From Kordia sp. SMS9 (lineage in GTDB: Bacteria; Bacteroidota; Bacteroidia; Flavobacteriales; Flavobacteriaceae): a stretch of 32,000 nucleotides of DNA. Below are positions 24,199 through 32,000 of this stretch, one piece after another. The DNA lies in contig NZ_CP031153.1 in the NCBI RefSeq assembly GCF_003352465.1, forward strand, positions 2,421,533 through 2,453,532, given 5' to 3'. The notes beneath the pieces are model-generated. The model saw nothing but the letters and a program-made list of their open reading frames with translations, was not told where the DNA came from and ran no database searches. Position 1 is the stretch's first letter. Each line of letters starts with the position of its first letter. Position numbers and translations under genes: made by a program.

Positions 24199-25260
24199 AT
24201 GAAACTGAATTACAAATATTCAAGTGTTTTAAAAAGTTATATAATCGGATGGTTTGTGGCAAGTATTATTTGGCTTTTGGTGTCTAACACCAATAAAGGA
24301 AAAATTACCTTTATAGAAACTACCTACGCTAATGAATTGATTATTTTCGTGGTAACATGGTTGTTACAAGCATTTGTATATGGTTTTTTACAAGTATTAA
24401 TTAATAAATTTGTAAAGAATAGAGTACCATTTTTCAAACTGCAAATCTACTCTTTGTTACTGCAATTGATCACCGCCATTTTTATCGTTATTAGTGTTTT
24501 TGTCATTTTTAAAAGTGCAAACATCCTAGAAGAAGGCACAGATATCCTTACTTTTTTAAATGATTTAGATGGACTTTGGGTTGTTTTTCTATTTGCTTTG
24601 ATTGTCAATTTTACCATAAATACTGTCGATTATATTGACTTGGTTTTGGGAAAGGGAAATCTTTTAAAAATGATTAAAGGAACGTTTTACGCACCGCGCG
24701 AAGATGAAAAAATATTTATGTTCTTAGATTTGAGAAGTTCTACTACCTACGCAGAGAAATTAGGTCATGTATTGTATAGTAAACTGATTCAAGATTGTTT
24801 TGATGATTTGGCAGTTGTGAATGAATATGAAGCTGAAATTTACCAATATGTAGGAGATGAATCGGTGTTAACTTGGTCTCCCAAAGATGGTTTGAAAAAC
24901 AACAATTGCATTCGTGCTTTTTTCGCGTTTAAAGATGGCATACATAAACGAGCATCGTACTATATGAATACGTACGGCGTATTGCCCGAATTTAAAGCAG
25001 GACTCAATACAGGCGTTGTCATGGTGGCAGAAGTTGGAAAGTTAAAACGTGAAATTGCGTATCACGGAGATACCATCAATACCGCAGCAAGGTTGGAAGG
25101 TGAATGCAATCGGTTGAAAGCCGAAATGGTGATTTCTGAACATCTAAAAAATGCGCTCACATTAGATTCAGATTTTAGCGCGCAGTTTGAAGACGAAATT
25201 ATTTTGAAAGGAAAAAATGTTGCTTTAAAAGTGTATTCTGTAGAGCGGATTAACTTGTAA
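24199..25260 (+). CDS. Membrane-anchored class III adenylate/guanylate cyclase (353 aa)
   Basis: About 5 N-terminal TM helices, then the cyclase homology domain: FMFLDLRSST (metal Asp), YVGDESVLTW, GLNTGVVMVAEVG, AYHGDTINTAARLEG. Confidence 0.85.
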   Translation: MKLNYKYSSVLKSYIIGWFVASIIWLLVSNTNKGKITFIETTYANELIIFVVTWLLQAFVYGFLQVLINKFVKNRVPFFKLQIYSLLLQLITAIFIVISVFVIFKSANILEEGTDILTFLNDLDGLWVVFLFALIVNFTINTVDYIDLVLGKGNLLKMIKGTFYAPREDEKIFMFLDLRSSTTYAEKLGHVLYSKLIQDCFDDLAVVNEYEAEIYQYVGDESVLTWSPKDGLKNNNCIRAFFAFKDGIHKRASYYMNTYGVLPEFKAGLNTGVVMVAEVGKLKREIAYHGDTINTAARLEGECNRLKAEMVISEHLKNALTLDSDFSAQFEDEIILKGKNVALKVYSVERINL

Positions 25261-25275
25261 CTGTAAAAAATTAGT

Positions 25276-25767
25276 TTAGTCTTTTAAACTCTCCGTACGT
25301 TTCTCTAATTGATTCGCTGCATTTTTATCCGTACGCATTACTTTTTTGATCAAGTAATAACCGCCAGCTAATACGATAATTAAAGAACTAATTCCGAAAA
25401 GGGTTAGCGGTTTCATGTGTGCGATGTCTAAATCGATTACATGTCTAGAAACTCCAATCAGCGCGACTAACAATACGATTTCGACATGCACTACGTCTTC
25501 CTTTAAATACATTTTAATGGTGTGCAGTAATTCAATTCCAATTAAAACAGATAAGAAACCACCAAATACTTGATGCAAATGCGTCATGATGTTGTTGTCT
25601 TTTGAGAATGAATTTTGAATACCGTCAATAATACCACCAAATAGCATTCCTAAGAATACAATTGCGGTATAAACAACAACTAACAGTAAAGAGAATAGTA
25701 ATATAATGATGATCCATTTTTCAATAGATTCAACTACGTTTAATATTTTTCTATCAATTTTTTTCAT
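25276..25767 (-). CDS. PsiE-like (phosphate-starvation-inducible E family) 4-TM membrane protein
   Basis: Four TM helices. ...HVEIVLLVALIGVSRHVIDLD resembles the conserved PsiE core. It overlaps the upstream channel gene by 14 nt. Confidence 0.5.
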   Translation of the reverse strand: MKKIDRKILNVVESIEKWIIIILLFSLLLVVVYTAIVFLGMLFGGIIDGIQNSFSKDNNIMTHLHQVFGGFLSVLIGIELLHTIKMYLKEDVVHVEIVLLVALIGVSRHVIDLDIAHMKPLTLFGISSLIIVLAGGYYLIKKVMRTDKNAANQLEKRTESLKD

Positions 25768-26425
25768 TTGTTTGTGCTAATTGATTAATATATTTTCCAA
25801 CAATAATAGAGGTAATAATTACGAGGTAAATTTGTCCCATTAAGCCAATTAAAATCGTTGCTTTTCTTGCAATGGCAGTTACAGGAACAATGTCTCCATA
25901 TCCAATGGTTAACAAGGTAATATAGCTAAAATACATTAATTGTTCTAGCAATGTGTCGCCATGAGAAGCATCTAAGATTCCTTTGAATGAATTCGGATCA
26001 ATCATTTGTATGGAAATAAAGATAAAAAAACCTATCAATCCCAAAGAAATATAGCCGCTTATTAATCCTAGAATTACGTTTTTATTAACAATACTCGCTT
26101 CCCACACTTGTTTTATAATTTGAATGGTCACAATGGTGTAAAATGAGAAATACGTCCCCATTTTTATATATCTAAAAAAACGTTGTTCAGCCTCTAGGTT
26201 GAATATGAAATTTAAAAGCATTATTATAAAGAGTCCAAAAAATATCCAAACGAGTTGTATGTTTTTTGAAATCACTAAAATACCAGCAAGTAAATTAGTA
26301 ATAAAAAAAAGTGACATGATAATATCTTCCAACGTTCCAGACGGAATTAAAAGCGAGCCAAAAAGTATGGTTATTTGACTGATAAAGAAAATACTAAAAC
26401 GATGTGGATATAATTTTTCTAACAT
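25754..26425 (-). CDS. Potassium-channel-family membrane protein (223 aa)
   Basis: The selectivity-filter signature TIGYGD (YITLLTIGYGDIVP) sits between the last two TM helices. Several extra N-terminal TM helices have no charged S4 and no cytoplasmic ligand-binding domain. Confidence 0.8.
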   Translation of the reverse strand: MLEKLYPHRFSIFFISQITILFGSLLIPSGTLEDIIMSLFFITNLLAGILVISKNIQLVWIFFGLFIIMLLNFIFNLEAEQRFFRYIKMGTYFSFYTIVTIQIIKQVWEASIVNKNVILGLISGYISLGLIGFFIFISIQMIDPNSFKGILDASHGDTLLEQLMYFSYITLLTIGYGDIVPVTAIARKATILIGLMGQIYLVIITSIIVGKYINQLAQTNEKN

Positions 26426-26452
26426 TACTTTTTATGCATTGAAAGTTACGTA

Positions 26453-27844
26453 TTAGTTGAATAATGGAATTTCTACACCTAAAATAAATCGCCATCGACT
26501 TAATTTAAGAGTAGTTATTTCAGAATTAGTTCCAGTATTTATAGGTTCGGTTGGAAAATTTATCGGTTGGTTAAAGTCTGTACTTGTACGTGAATAGGTT
26601 GTTCCCAATAAAAAGCGTCCCCATTTTATATTTGCATCTACTCCAAACCCAAAATGCCAATAATCCGATTCGTAATTGATTTCTCCTCCGTTTTGATTGA
26701 CAACATCAAAAAAGTTCGCACTTTCTACATAAGCGGAATAATCTGATGAGAAACTTAGAAAACCTGTAAATACAGGAGAAATATAAATTTCGGCGCCAGC
26801 TCCAAAGTTAATGACTGATTTTAATTTTTCTCTAAAATCTAAGCTTGAACTGCTTGTATTTGAAATGATATTGTCAGGAATAGCGATACGTTTATAAGCG
26901 TTTAGTCCGTCATACCATTCTGTATTTATGTGTATTTTACTTTTCCCTATTGGAATTCCTGCACCAACAGAAACGCCTAATGCCGTTCTTCGTTTGTTGT
27001 TTACATTTCTAAGTTCAGTAACATTGAAAAAATCATCTGGAGCGCCTAAACCTGCTAAAAATTCTTCTGCTCTGAATTTTGCACTATCATAAATGTTTAT
27101 GTGTGGTATATGTACGGTTGCACCTAATTCTAATCCTTCTGTTTTGTAGGAAGCTCCAATTTTAAAGAATAGTCCGTATGTTTCCTGTTCGTAGTTAAAA
27201 TCACTGTTATACGTTACAACTTCATCTGAAGCACTTTCGCCTGCATATAATGATTTTCCTGCTCCATTCATTTCATACACAGATAAAAACATAGAGGCAC
27301 CAATACTAAATTTGGAAGAAATTTTCCGTGACCACGAAAAGCCAAACCATTCTTCCGAAATAACATCTTCTAAATTTATGCTCCCAATAAAGCGTTCTGC
27401 TCCTGGAATATTTATTTGATCACCATCTAAAACACCTGTATTGAATGCTAGTTCGTTATCAACACGATGTCTTGATAAAAAAGAATATGCGAATTTATCT
27501 TTAGGCAAAAATTTCAATGTTAAAGTCCCAGCAATCATTGTAGGAACCGCTCCAATACGTTGATTTGACACATTGTTTCCTGCTCCAAATGCATTGGTAA
27601 GATTTGTACTGCTAACTTCATAGGCTTTACCACTTACCGAAAACGCTGGTTTTTCAATTAGAGATAATCTTGATGGATTGTAATATACAAGTCCTAAATC
27701 ATCAACACTACCCGTAACGTTTCCGTTGAGAAGAATAGAACGACTTCCAAAATTTTCAATGCGGTAATTTCCTTGTGAAAACGCTGAATTGGTTATTCCT
27801 AAAAAAATACAGATTCCCAAAAAAGTAGTTGCTATTTTGTGCAT
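26453..27844 (-). CDS. Outer-membrane beta-barrel protein, FadL/PorV-like rather than TolC-like (463 aa)
   Basis: Signal peptide, then alternating beta-strand patterning throughout. The N-terminal GSRSILLNGNVTGSVDDLGLVYYNPSRL resembles the G.R..(A/G)(M/L)G.A......DD.....(F/Y)(W/Y)NP(A/S).L box of FadL/PorV-type barrels. There are no long coiled-coil helices of the TolC type. Confidence 0.55.
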   Translation of the reverse strand: MHKIATTFLGICIFLGITNSAFSQGNYRIENFGSRSILLNGNVTGSVDDLGLVYYNPSRLSLIEKPAFSVSGKAYEVSSTNLTNAFGAGNNVSNQRIGAVPTMIAGTLTLKFLPKDKFAYSFLSRHRVDNELAFNTGVLDGDQINIPGAERFIGSINLEDVISEEWFGFSWSRKISSKFSIGASMFLSVYEMNGAGKSLYAGESASDEVVTYNSDFNYEQETYGLFFKIGASYKTEGLELGATVHIPHINIYDSAKFRAEEFLAGLGAPDDFFNVTELRNVNNKRRTALGVSVGAGIPIGKSKIHINTEWYDGLNAYKRIAIPDNIISNTSSSSLDFREKLKSVINFGAGAEIYISPVFTGFLSFSSDYSAYVESANFFDVVNQNGGEINYESDYWHFGFGVDANIKWGRFLLGTTYSRTSTDFNQPINFPTEPINTGTNSEITTLKLSRWRFILGVEIPLFN

Positions 27845-27868
27845 ACAGAACTAATTTAGTTGTAATAT

Positions 27869-30800
27869 TTAGTCTAATAGAGCTTCATTAAACTCATAAT
27901 CTTTGTAATTTACCTTATACATTACACTGTAAAAGGCAGGAATAAATAGTAACGTAATTACCGTACCGAATAACAATCCAATCATGATGGTTACTGCCAT
28001 TGGTTCCCACATTTCTCCTCCGCCAAGATATAATGGCACTAAACCTAATACCGTGGTGAATGTAGCTAACAATATAGGTCTGAAACGTTGCAAACACGCT
28101 GCAATGATAGCATCTTGCGGTTTTCGCTTGAGTTCGGCTTCTTCTATTTCAATTCGGTCTACCAGTACAATTGCGTTATTTATGACAATTCCCGCTAAGG
28201 AAATGACACCTAAAAACGCCATAAACCCGAAAGGAACGCCAAACAATAACAATCCTAAAACCATTCCAATAACTCCAAGTGGAATGGTACAAACAATCAT
28301 AATCATTTTACGGAACGAGTTGAACTGAATGATTAATAACATAACAATGATAAACGCTGATAATGGTAAGTATTTTGCTACCGCGCCCATATTTTCTGCG
28401 GAGTTTTTGGCGTCTCCGCCTAATTCGTATGTATATCCTTTTCCCCAAGTTCCTTTTTGTTCTTCCAACCAAGGTATAATGTTATTTGTGATTTCGGAAG
28501 CATTTCCGTCTGCGGATAATTCACTCGAAATTACAATAGTTCTAGTTAGGTTTAAACGCTTAATTTTTGAGTATTGCCATTCAGGAACAATAGAAGCAAC
28601 TTGTAGTAAAGGCACACTTTTCCCTGAATTTTGAGCATAGATATTGAGTGTCTCTAATGAGGATAGCGATTGTTGCGAACTTTTGGTGCTTTTCATGACA
28701 ATCGGAATAGATTTGTCACCTTCTCTATATTCTCCCGCTTGAAAACCATCTAAAACCGTTTGTAAAGACGTGGCAATGTCTTGATTGGTTACACCAGCCG
28801 TTTGTGCTTTATTTTGATCAATGTCAATGACAAATTTCTTTCCTTTTGGTCCCCAATCATCCTTAATATTTTTGGTTCCAGAAATACTAAATAATTTTGT
28901 TTTTAGCGATTCTGCAATGCTTGCCAGTTTATCAGGATTGCCTCCAGAAACTTCAATTTCTATTGGCGTTCCACTTCCTCCAGCACCGAGTAAACCAACT
29001 TTGATATCAGCATTTGGGAAATTTTCAAAACTATATGCATCCAACTTTTCTACCATTTCATTATTGACTAAGAAAGAAGACGTATTTATTAAAATATGTG
29101 CATAATTTGAGTTGGCTTCATCTGCATTGTAACCAAGATCATACGAAGATGGACCTTCACCAATATACGCTGCCCAATCTACAATTCCGTCAGATTTGGT
29201 ATTGCTTACTTTTAATTCTTTCGTCATAAAATCTTCCAAAGCCAATACCACTGCGGTTGTACTTTCTATTTTGGTATTTTCTGGTAGATTGATATCTATC
29301 GTAATCATATTTCGATCACTATCAGGAAAGAATACAAAACTTAAAAACCCAAATCCATAAATAGACAGGAAGAATAAGAACACAATAATGACTAGTACTG
29401 ACTTTTTCCATGCCAAGGCAAGTAAAATTAAATCTTTGTACTTTCTTTTTAGTCCGTTGATTAATTTGTCTAAGAAACTTTCTTTATCGCCAACTTCTTT
29501 TGGTTTTACTTTTAAGAAGAACACACAAAATAAGGTTATAATACTCAGCGCGATGATCCAAGAAGATAAAAGTGCAATGGTAATTACGACAAATATTGGT
29601 CCCATAATGTCTCCCATAACTGATTCTGCCATAAAGAATGCTAAGAAGGCTGCGGAAGTGGTTAGTGTGGATATCAATAGCGGTGTAAACAATTCTCCAC
29701 AAGAATCAATTGCAGCTTTTTTAACAGGAATGCCCACTTCCATTTTTACCATGATAGACTCGGCGACGACAATGGCATTATCAACCATCATTCCAAGTGC
29801 CATGATTAATGCTGCCAATGAAATTTGATTTAATCCTACATCAATCAACCCCATTACCATTATAGTTGTAATGGTTACAATAGGAATTAAACTGGCAATG
29901 ACCAATCCTGTTCGTATTCCTAAAAAGAATAGCATAACGGCTAGTACAATTCCTATTGCTTGTAAAAGGTTACCAATAAAGTCACTAATTTTCACATCTA
30001 TATATTGGTCGATAGAGGAGACGCGTGATAATTCTAATCCGATAGGAAGTTTGTCGCGCCATTCGGCTAAAACAACATCCAATTCTTCTCCTAGTTTGAT
30101 AATATTTGCCCCATCTTTTAACGAAACATGTAATGAAATCGCATCTTTTCCGTTGATACGAACTTTTTGTGTTGAAGGACTTATATAGCCTTTTCTAACG
30201 TTTGTAATGTCTTTTAAATTGACAACTTGACCGTTTTCCCCAACTGGAATCAACATTTCTTTGATAGCTTCTAAATCGTTGAAATTTCCAGTAGGTTCTA
30301 GGATGATGCTTTCTGCTTCAACATTTATAGTTCCTCCAGAACTTAAAATATTTGTACTTGCAATAATATTTTGCAATCTGTTAGAAGTAAGTCCATACGA
30401 TTTTAATTTTGTGTTTTCAAATTCTATAAAAATCCGTTCATCTTGCACTCCATTGAGTTCTACTTTTGCGGCATCTTCTAACTTGATGAGGTCGTCTCTT
30501 ATATCATCTGCATATTCTTTCATTTCTGTATATTCAAAGCCATCAGAACTTAATGCGACTGCAATTCCAAATACTTCTCCAATTCCGTCATCTTTTAGTT
30601 GCGGTTGTACATTATTTGGTAATCCTTGTACGGTACTTAATTTACGACGCAATCGGTCCCAAACGGCTTGTAATTCTTCAGGAGCAACTTCCATTTTGAG
30701 TTCAACTTGTACTACAGAAAGTCCTGTGCGCGATGTACTTTTTACTTCTTTTAGTTCGGGTAATTCTTGTGCAATTTTTTCTATTTTATCACTCACCAAT

Positions 30801-30982
30801 TCCTCAACACGTTCTGGACTTGCTCCAGGAAATGAGCAAACTATAGAAGCAACTCTAATGGTATATGGAGGCATACTGTCTCTTGAGAGAGAAGCGTAAA
30901 AAATAGCACCCATCACCATGATAACAGCTAGGATACTTAAAACTACTCGGTTTCGATTTATTGAAAATTCAGTAAGATTCAT
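27869..30982 (-). CDS. RND efflux transporter permease (AcrB/HAE family, 1037 aa)
   Basis: The length, the 12-TM two-loop architecture and the N-terminal FSI.R.V....L.........L..D..P...... pattern are typical of the AcrB family. Confidence 0.9.
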   Translation of the reverse strand: MNLTEFSINRNRVVLSILAVIMVMGAIFYASLSRDSMPPYTIRVASIVCSFPGASPERVEELVSDKIEKIAQELPELKEVKSTSRTGLSVVQVELKMEVAPEELQAVWDRLRRKLSTVQGLPNNVQPQLKDDGIGEVFGIAVALSSDGFEYTEMKEYADDIRDDLIKLEDAAKVELNGVQDERIFIEFENTKLKSYGLTSNRLQNIIASTNILSSGGTINVEAESIILEPTGNFNDLEAIKEMLIPVGENGQVVNLKDITNVRKGYISPSTQKVRINGKDAISLHVSLKDGANIIKLGEELDVVLAEWRDKLPIGLELSRVSSIDQYIDVKISDFIGNLLQAIGIVLAVMLFFLGIRTGLVIASLIPIVTITTIMVMGLIDVGLNQISLAALIMALGMMVDNAIVVAESIMVKMEVGIPVKKAAIDSCGELFTPLLISTLTTSAAFLAFFMAESVMGDIMGPIFVVITIALLSSWIIALSIITLFCVFFLKVKPKEVGDKESFLDKLINGLKRKYKDLILLALAWKKSVLVIIVFLFFLSIYGFGFLSFVFFPDSDRNMITIDINLPENTKIESTTAVVLALEDFMTKELKVSNTKSDGIVDWAAYIGEGPSSYDLGYNADEANSNYAHILINTSSFLVNNEMVEKLDAYSFENFPNADIKVGLLGAGGSGTPIEIEVSGGNPDKLASIAESLKTKLFSISGTKNIKDDWGPKGKKFVIDIDQNKAQTAGVTNQDIATSLQTVLDGFQAGEYREGDKSIPIVMKSTKSSQQSLSSLETLNIYAQNSGKSVPLLQVASIVPEWQYSKIKRLNLTRTIVISSELSADGNASEITNNIIPWLEEQKGTWGKGYTYELGGDAKNSAENMGAVAKYLPLSAFIIVMLLIIQFNSFRKMIMIVCTIPLGVIGMVLGLLLFGVPFGFMAFLGVISLAGIVINNAIVLVDRIEIEEAELKRKPQDAIIAACLQRFRPILLATFTTVLGLVPLYLGGGEMWEPMAVTIMIGLLFGTVITLLFIPAFYSVMYKVNYKDYEFNEALLD

Positions 30983-31007
30983 CTGTATAGGTTGATTAGG
31001 GTTGCTA

Positions 31008-32000
31008 TTATTGTTTTAATCTTACTTCTTGTCCGTCTAATAAGGTTTGTAAACCCGCTGTGGCTATTTTGTCGCCAGCTGTCAATCCATTTTTTATGAT
31101 AAATCCGTCTGCGGTAAGTTCGCCTAACTCTACATGCTGCTTTTTTATGGTTCCTTTGGTATCATCTTTACTTTGAATTAAGAAAACAAATCGCCCTTTT
31201 CCATCTTCACCAACGGCTTTTACAGGAATGATGATTGAATTACTTTTTTGTCTAGAGGAATCTGTAAAATCAAAGGTCACTTTCGCAGCCATACCTGCTT
31301 TTATTTCAGCTATAGGCTTGTCAATAAAAACAACAGTATTGTAGGTTGAAGATTCTTCATTTATTGTTGGAGAAAGTTCCGTTACAGTTCCATCAAATAT
31401 ATGCCCTTCGATTGCAGGAAACTCTAATTTTGTTTTCATATCGAGTTTTACACGATTGACGATATTTTCAGGAAGACCTACTTCAATTTTTATTTCTTTT
31501 CCAGCATTTAAAACGGCAAACACATGTCCAGATGAAACGCGTTCTCCAACACCTCCGTCAGTATTGGCTATGATACCATCTTTAGGAGCTTTTATAATAC
31601 CATAACTTAATTGAGTAGCTTGAATGTTTTTACTTTGTTTTGCATTTTCAAATTGATCTAGCGCAGTTTGATATGAGTTTCTAGCTTGCTCATAATCACT
31701 TAGTGAGTTGCTTCCTTTTTCATATAAAGACTTCACACGGTTTAGGTTTGATTTCGCTGTATTCATCGAAGATTGTGCGCTTTTCATTGCAGATACACTT
31801 TGCTGATATGCTAAATTGGCTTCAACATTGTCAAGCTTTGCAATAATAGCACCTTTTTTAACTTTGGCTCCTTTCCAGTGATTTACTTTGGTAATAACTC
31901 CATTACTTCTAAAACTCAAATTAATGGCATCACCAGCTTTAGCCTTCCCACTAAAGGTTCTTATTTTTTGTGTGCTTATATCGCCAACAGTTATATATTT
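31008..32000 (-). CDS. RND periplasmic adaptor (membrane fusion protein), 5' end beyond the window
   Basis: Lipoyl/barrel-sandwich and coiled-coil hairpin patterns (...V.KGAIIAKLD..., Q..V.....A......N..R...L). My translation of 31920-32000 shows the frame stays open to the window edge, so M at 31919 is internal. Confidence 0.85.
   Translation of the reverse strand, partial: KYITVGDISTQKIRTFSGKAKAGDAINLSFRSNGVITKVNHWKGAKVKKGAIIAKLDNVEANLAYQQSVSAMKSAQSSMNTAKSNLNRVKSLYEKGSNSLSDYEQARNSYQTALDQFENAKQSKNIQATQLSYGIIKAPKDGIIANTDGGVGERVSSGHVFAVLNAGKEIKIEVGLPENIVNRVKLDMKTKLEFPAIEGHIFDGTVTELSPTINEESSTYNTVVFIDKPIAEIKAGMAAKVTFDFTDSSRQKSNSIIIPVKAVGEDGKGRFVFLIQSKDDTKGTIKKQHVELGELTADGFIIKNGLTAGDKIATAGLQTLLDGQEVRLKQ

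Noticed and set aside
24185-24202. A 5-codon upstream ORF (MKTIL*) whose TGA overlaps the cyclase ATG.
   Set aside because: Such tiny ORFs arise by chance very often in AT-rich leaders, and nothing else supports it.
24199-25260. The class III cyclase as part of a Pycsar/CBASS-like antiphage system.
   Set aside because: The cyclase is membrane-anchored with a standard homology domain. No adjacent TIR, TM or nuclease effector sits in an operon with it. The neighbours are transcribed separately and look like stress genes.

Overview
This is a low-GC chromosomal segment that looks like Flavobacteriia (Bacteroidota). The evidence is TAnnTTTG-type -7 promoter boxes just upstream of several genes, lipoprotein and secreted-protein signals, and a typical flavobacterial gene set. 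Most of it is ordinary housekeeping and envelope content. It holds the 3' part of a giant beta-helix surface protein, a CBS-domain gene divergent from two tandem PPK2 polyphosphate kinases, and a HAD-like/map/methyltransferase operon. It also holds gpmI coupled to a CxxS thioredoxin-like lipoprotein, a secreted ankyrin protein, an M15 peptidase with a PD40 beta-propeller protein, and two divergent GNATs. Further along are tRNA-Gly(UCC), pepE, an M1 metallopeptidase cluster, tatA with a PAP2 phosphatase, and an S8 protease. The last third holds a USP/TerB-like/class III cyclase cluster and a long minus-strand operon: RND adaptor, RND pump, a non-TolC beta-barrel, a K+ channel and a PsiE-like protein. 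I see no transposase, integrase, CRISPR array or recognisable defence island. The items most worth a second look are not in the ORF track. (1) An unannotated 55-aa double-glycine-leader, Cys-containing peptide gene at 11086-11253 (minus). (2) A 17-unit heptanucleotide tandem array at 21819-21939. (3) A ~196-bp nested, imperfectly palindromic GC-rich element at 18985-19180. (4) A 10-bp-arm palindrome in the CBS/ppk2 divergent region whose half-site recurs upstream of the usp gene. (5) An RND efflux operon carrying a FadL/PorV-like barrel where a TolC-type gene usually sits. All functional calls come from motif recognition by eye, and no database search was possible.
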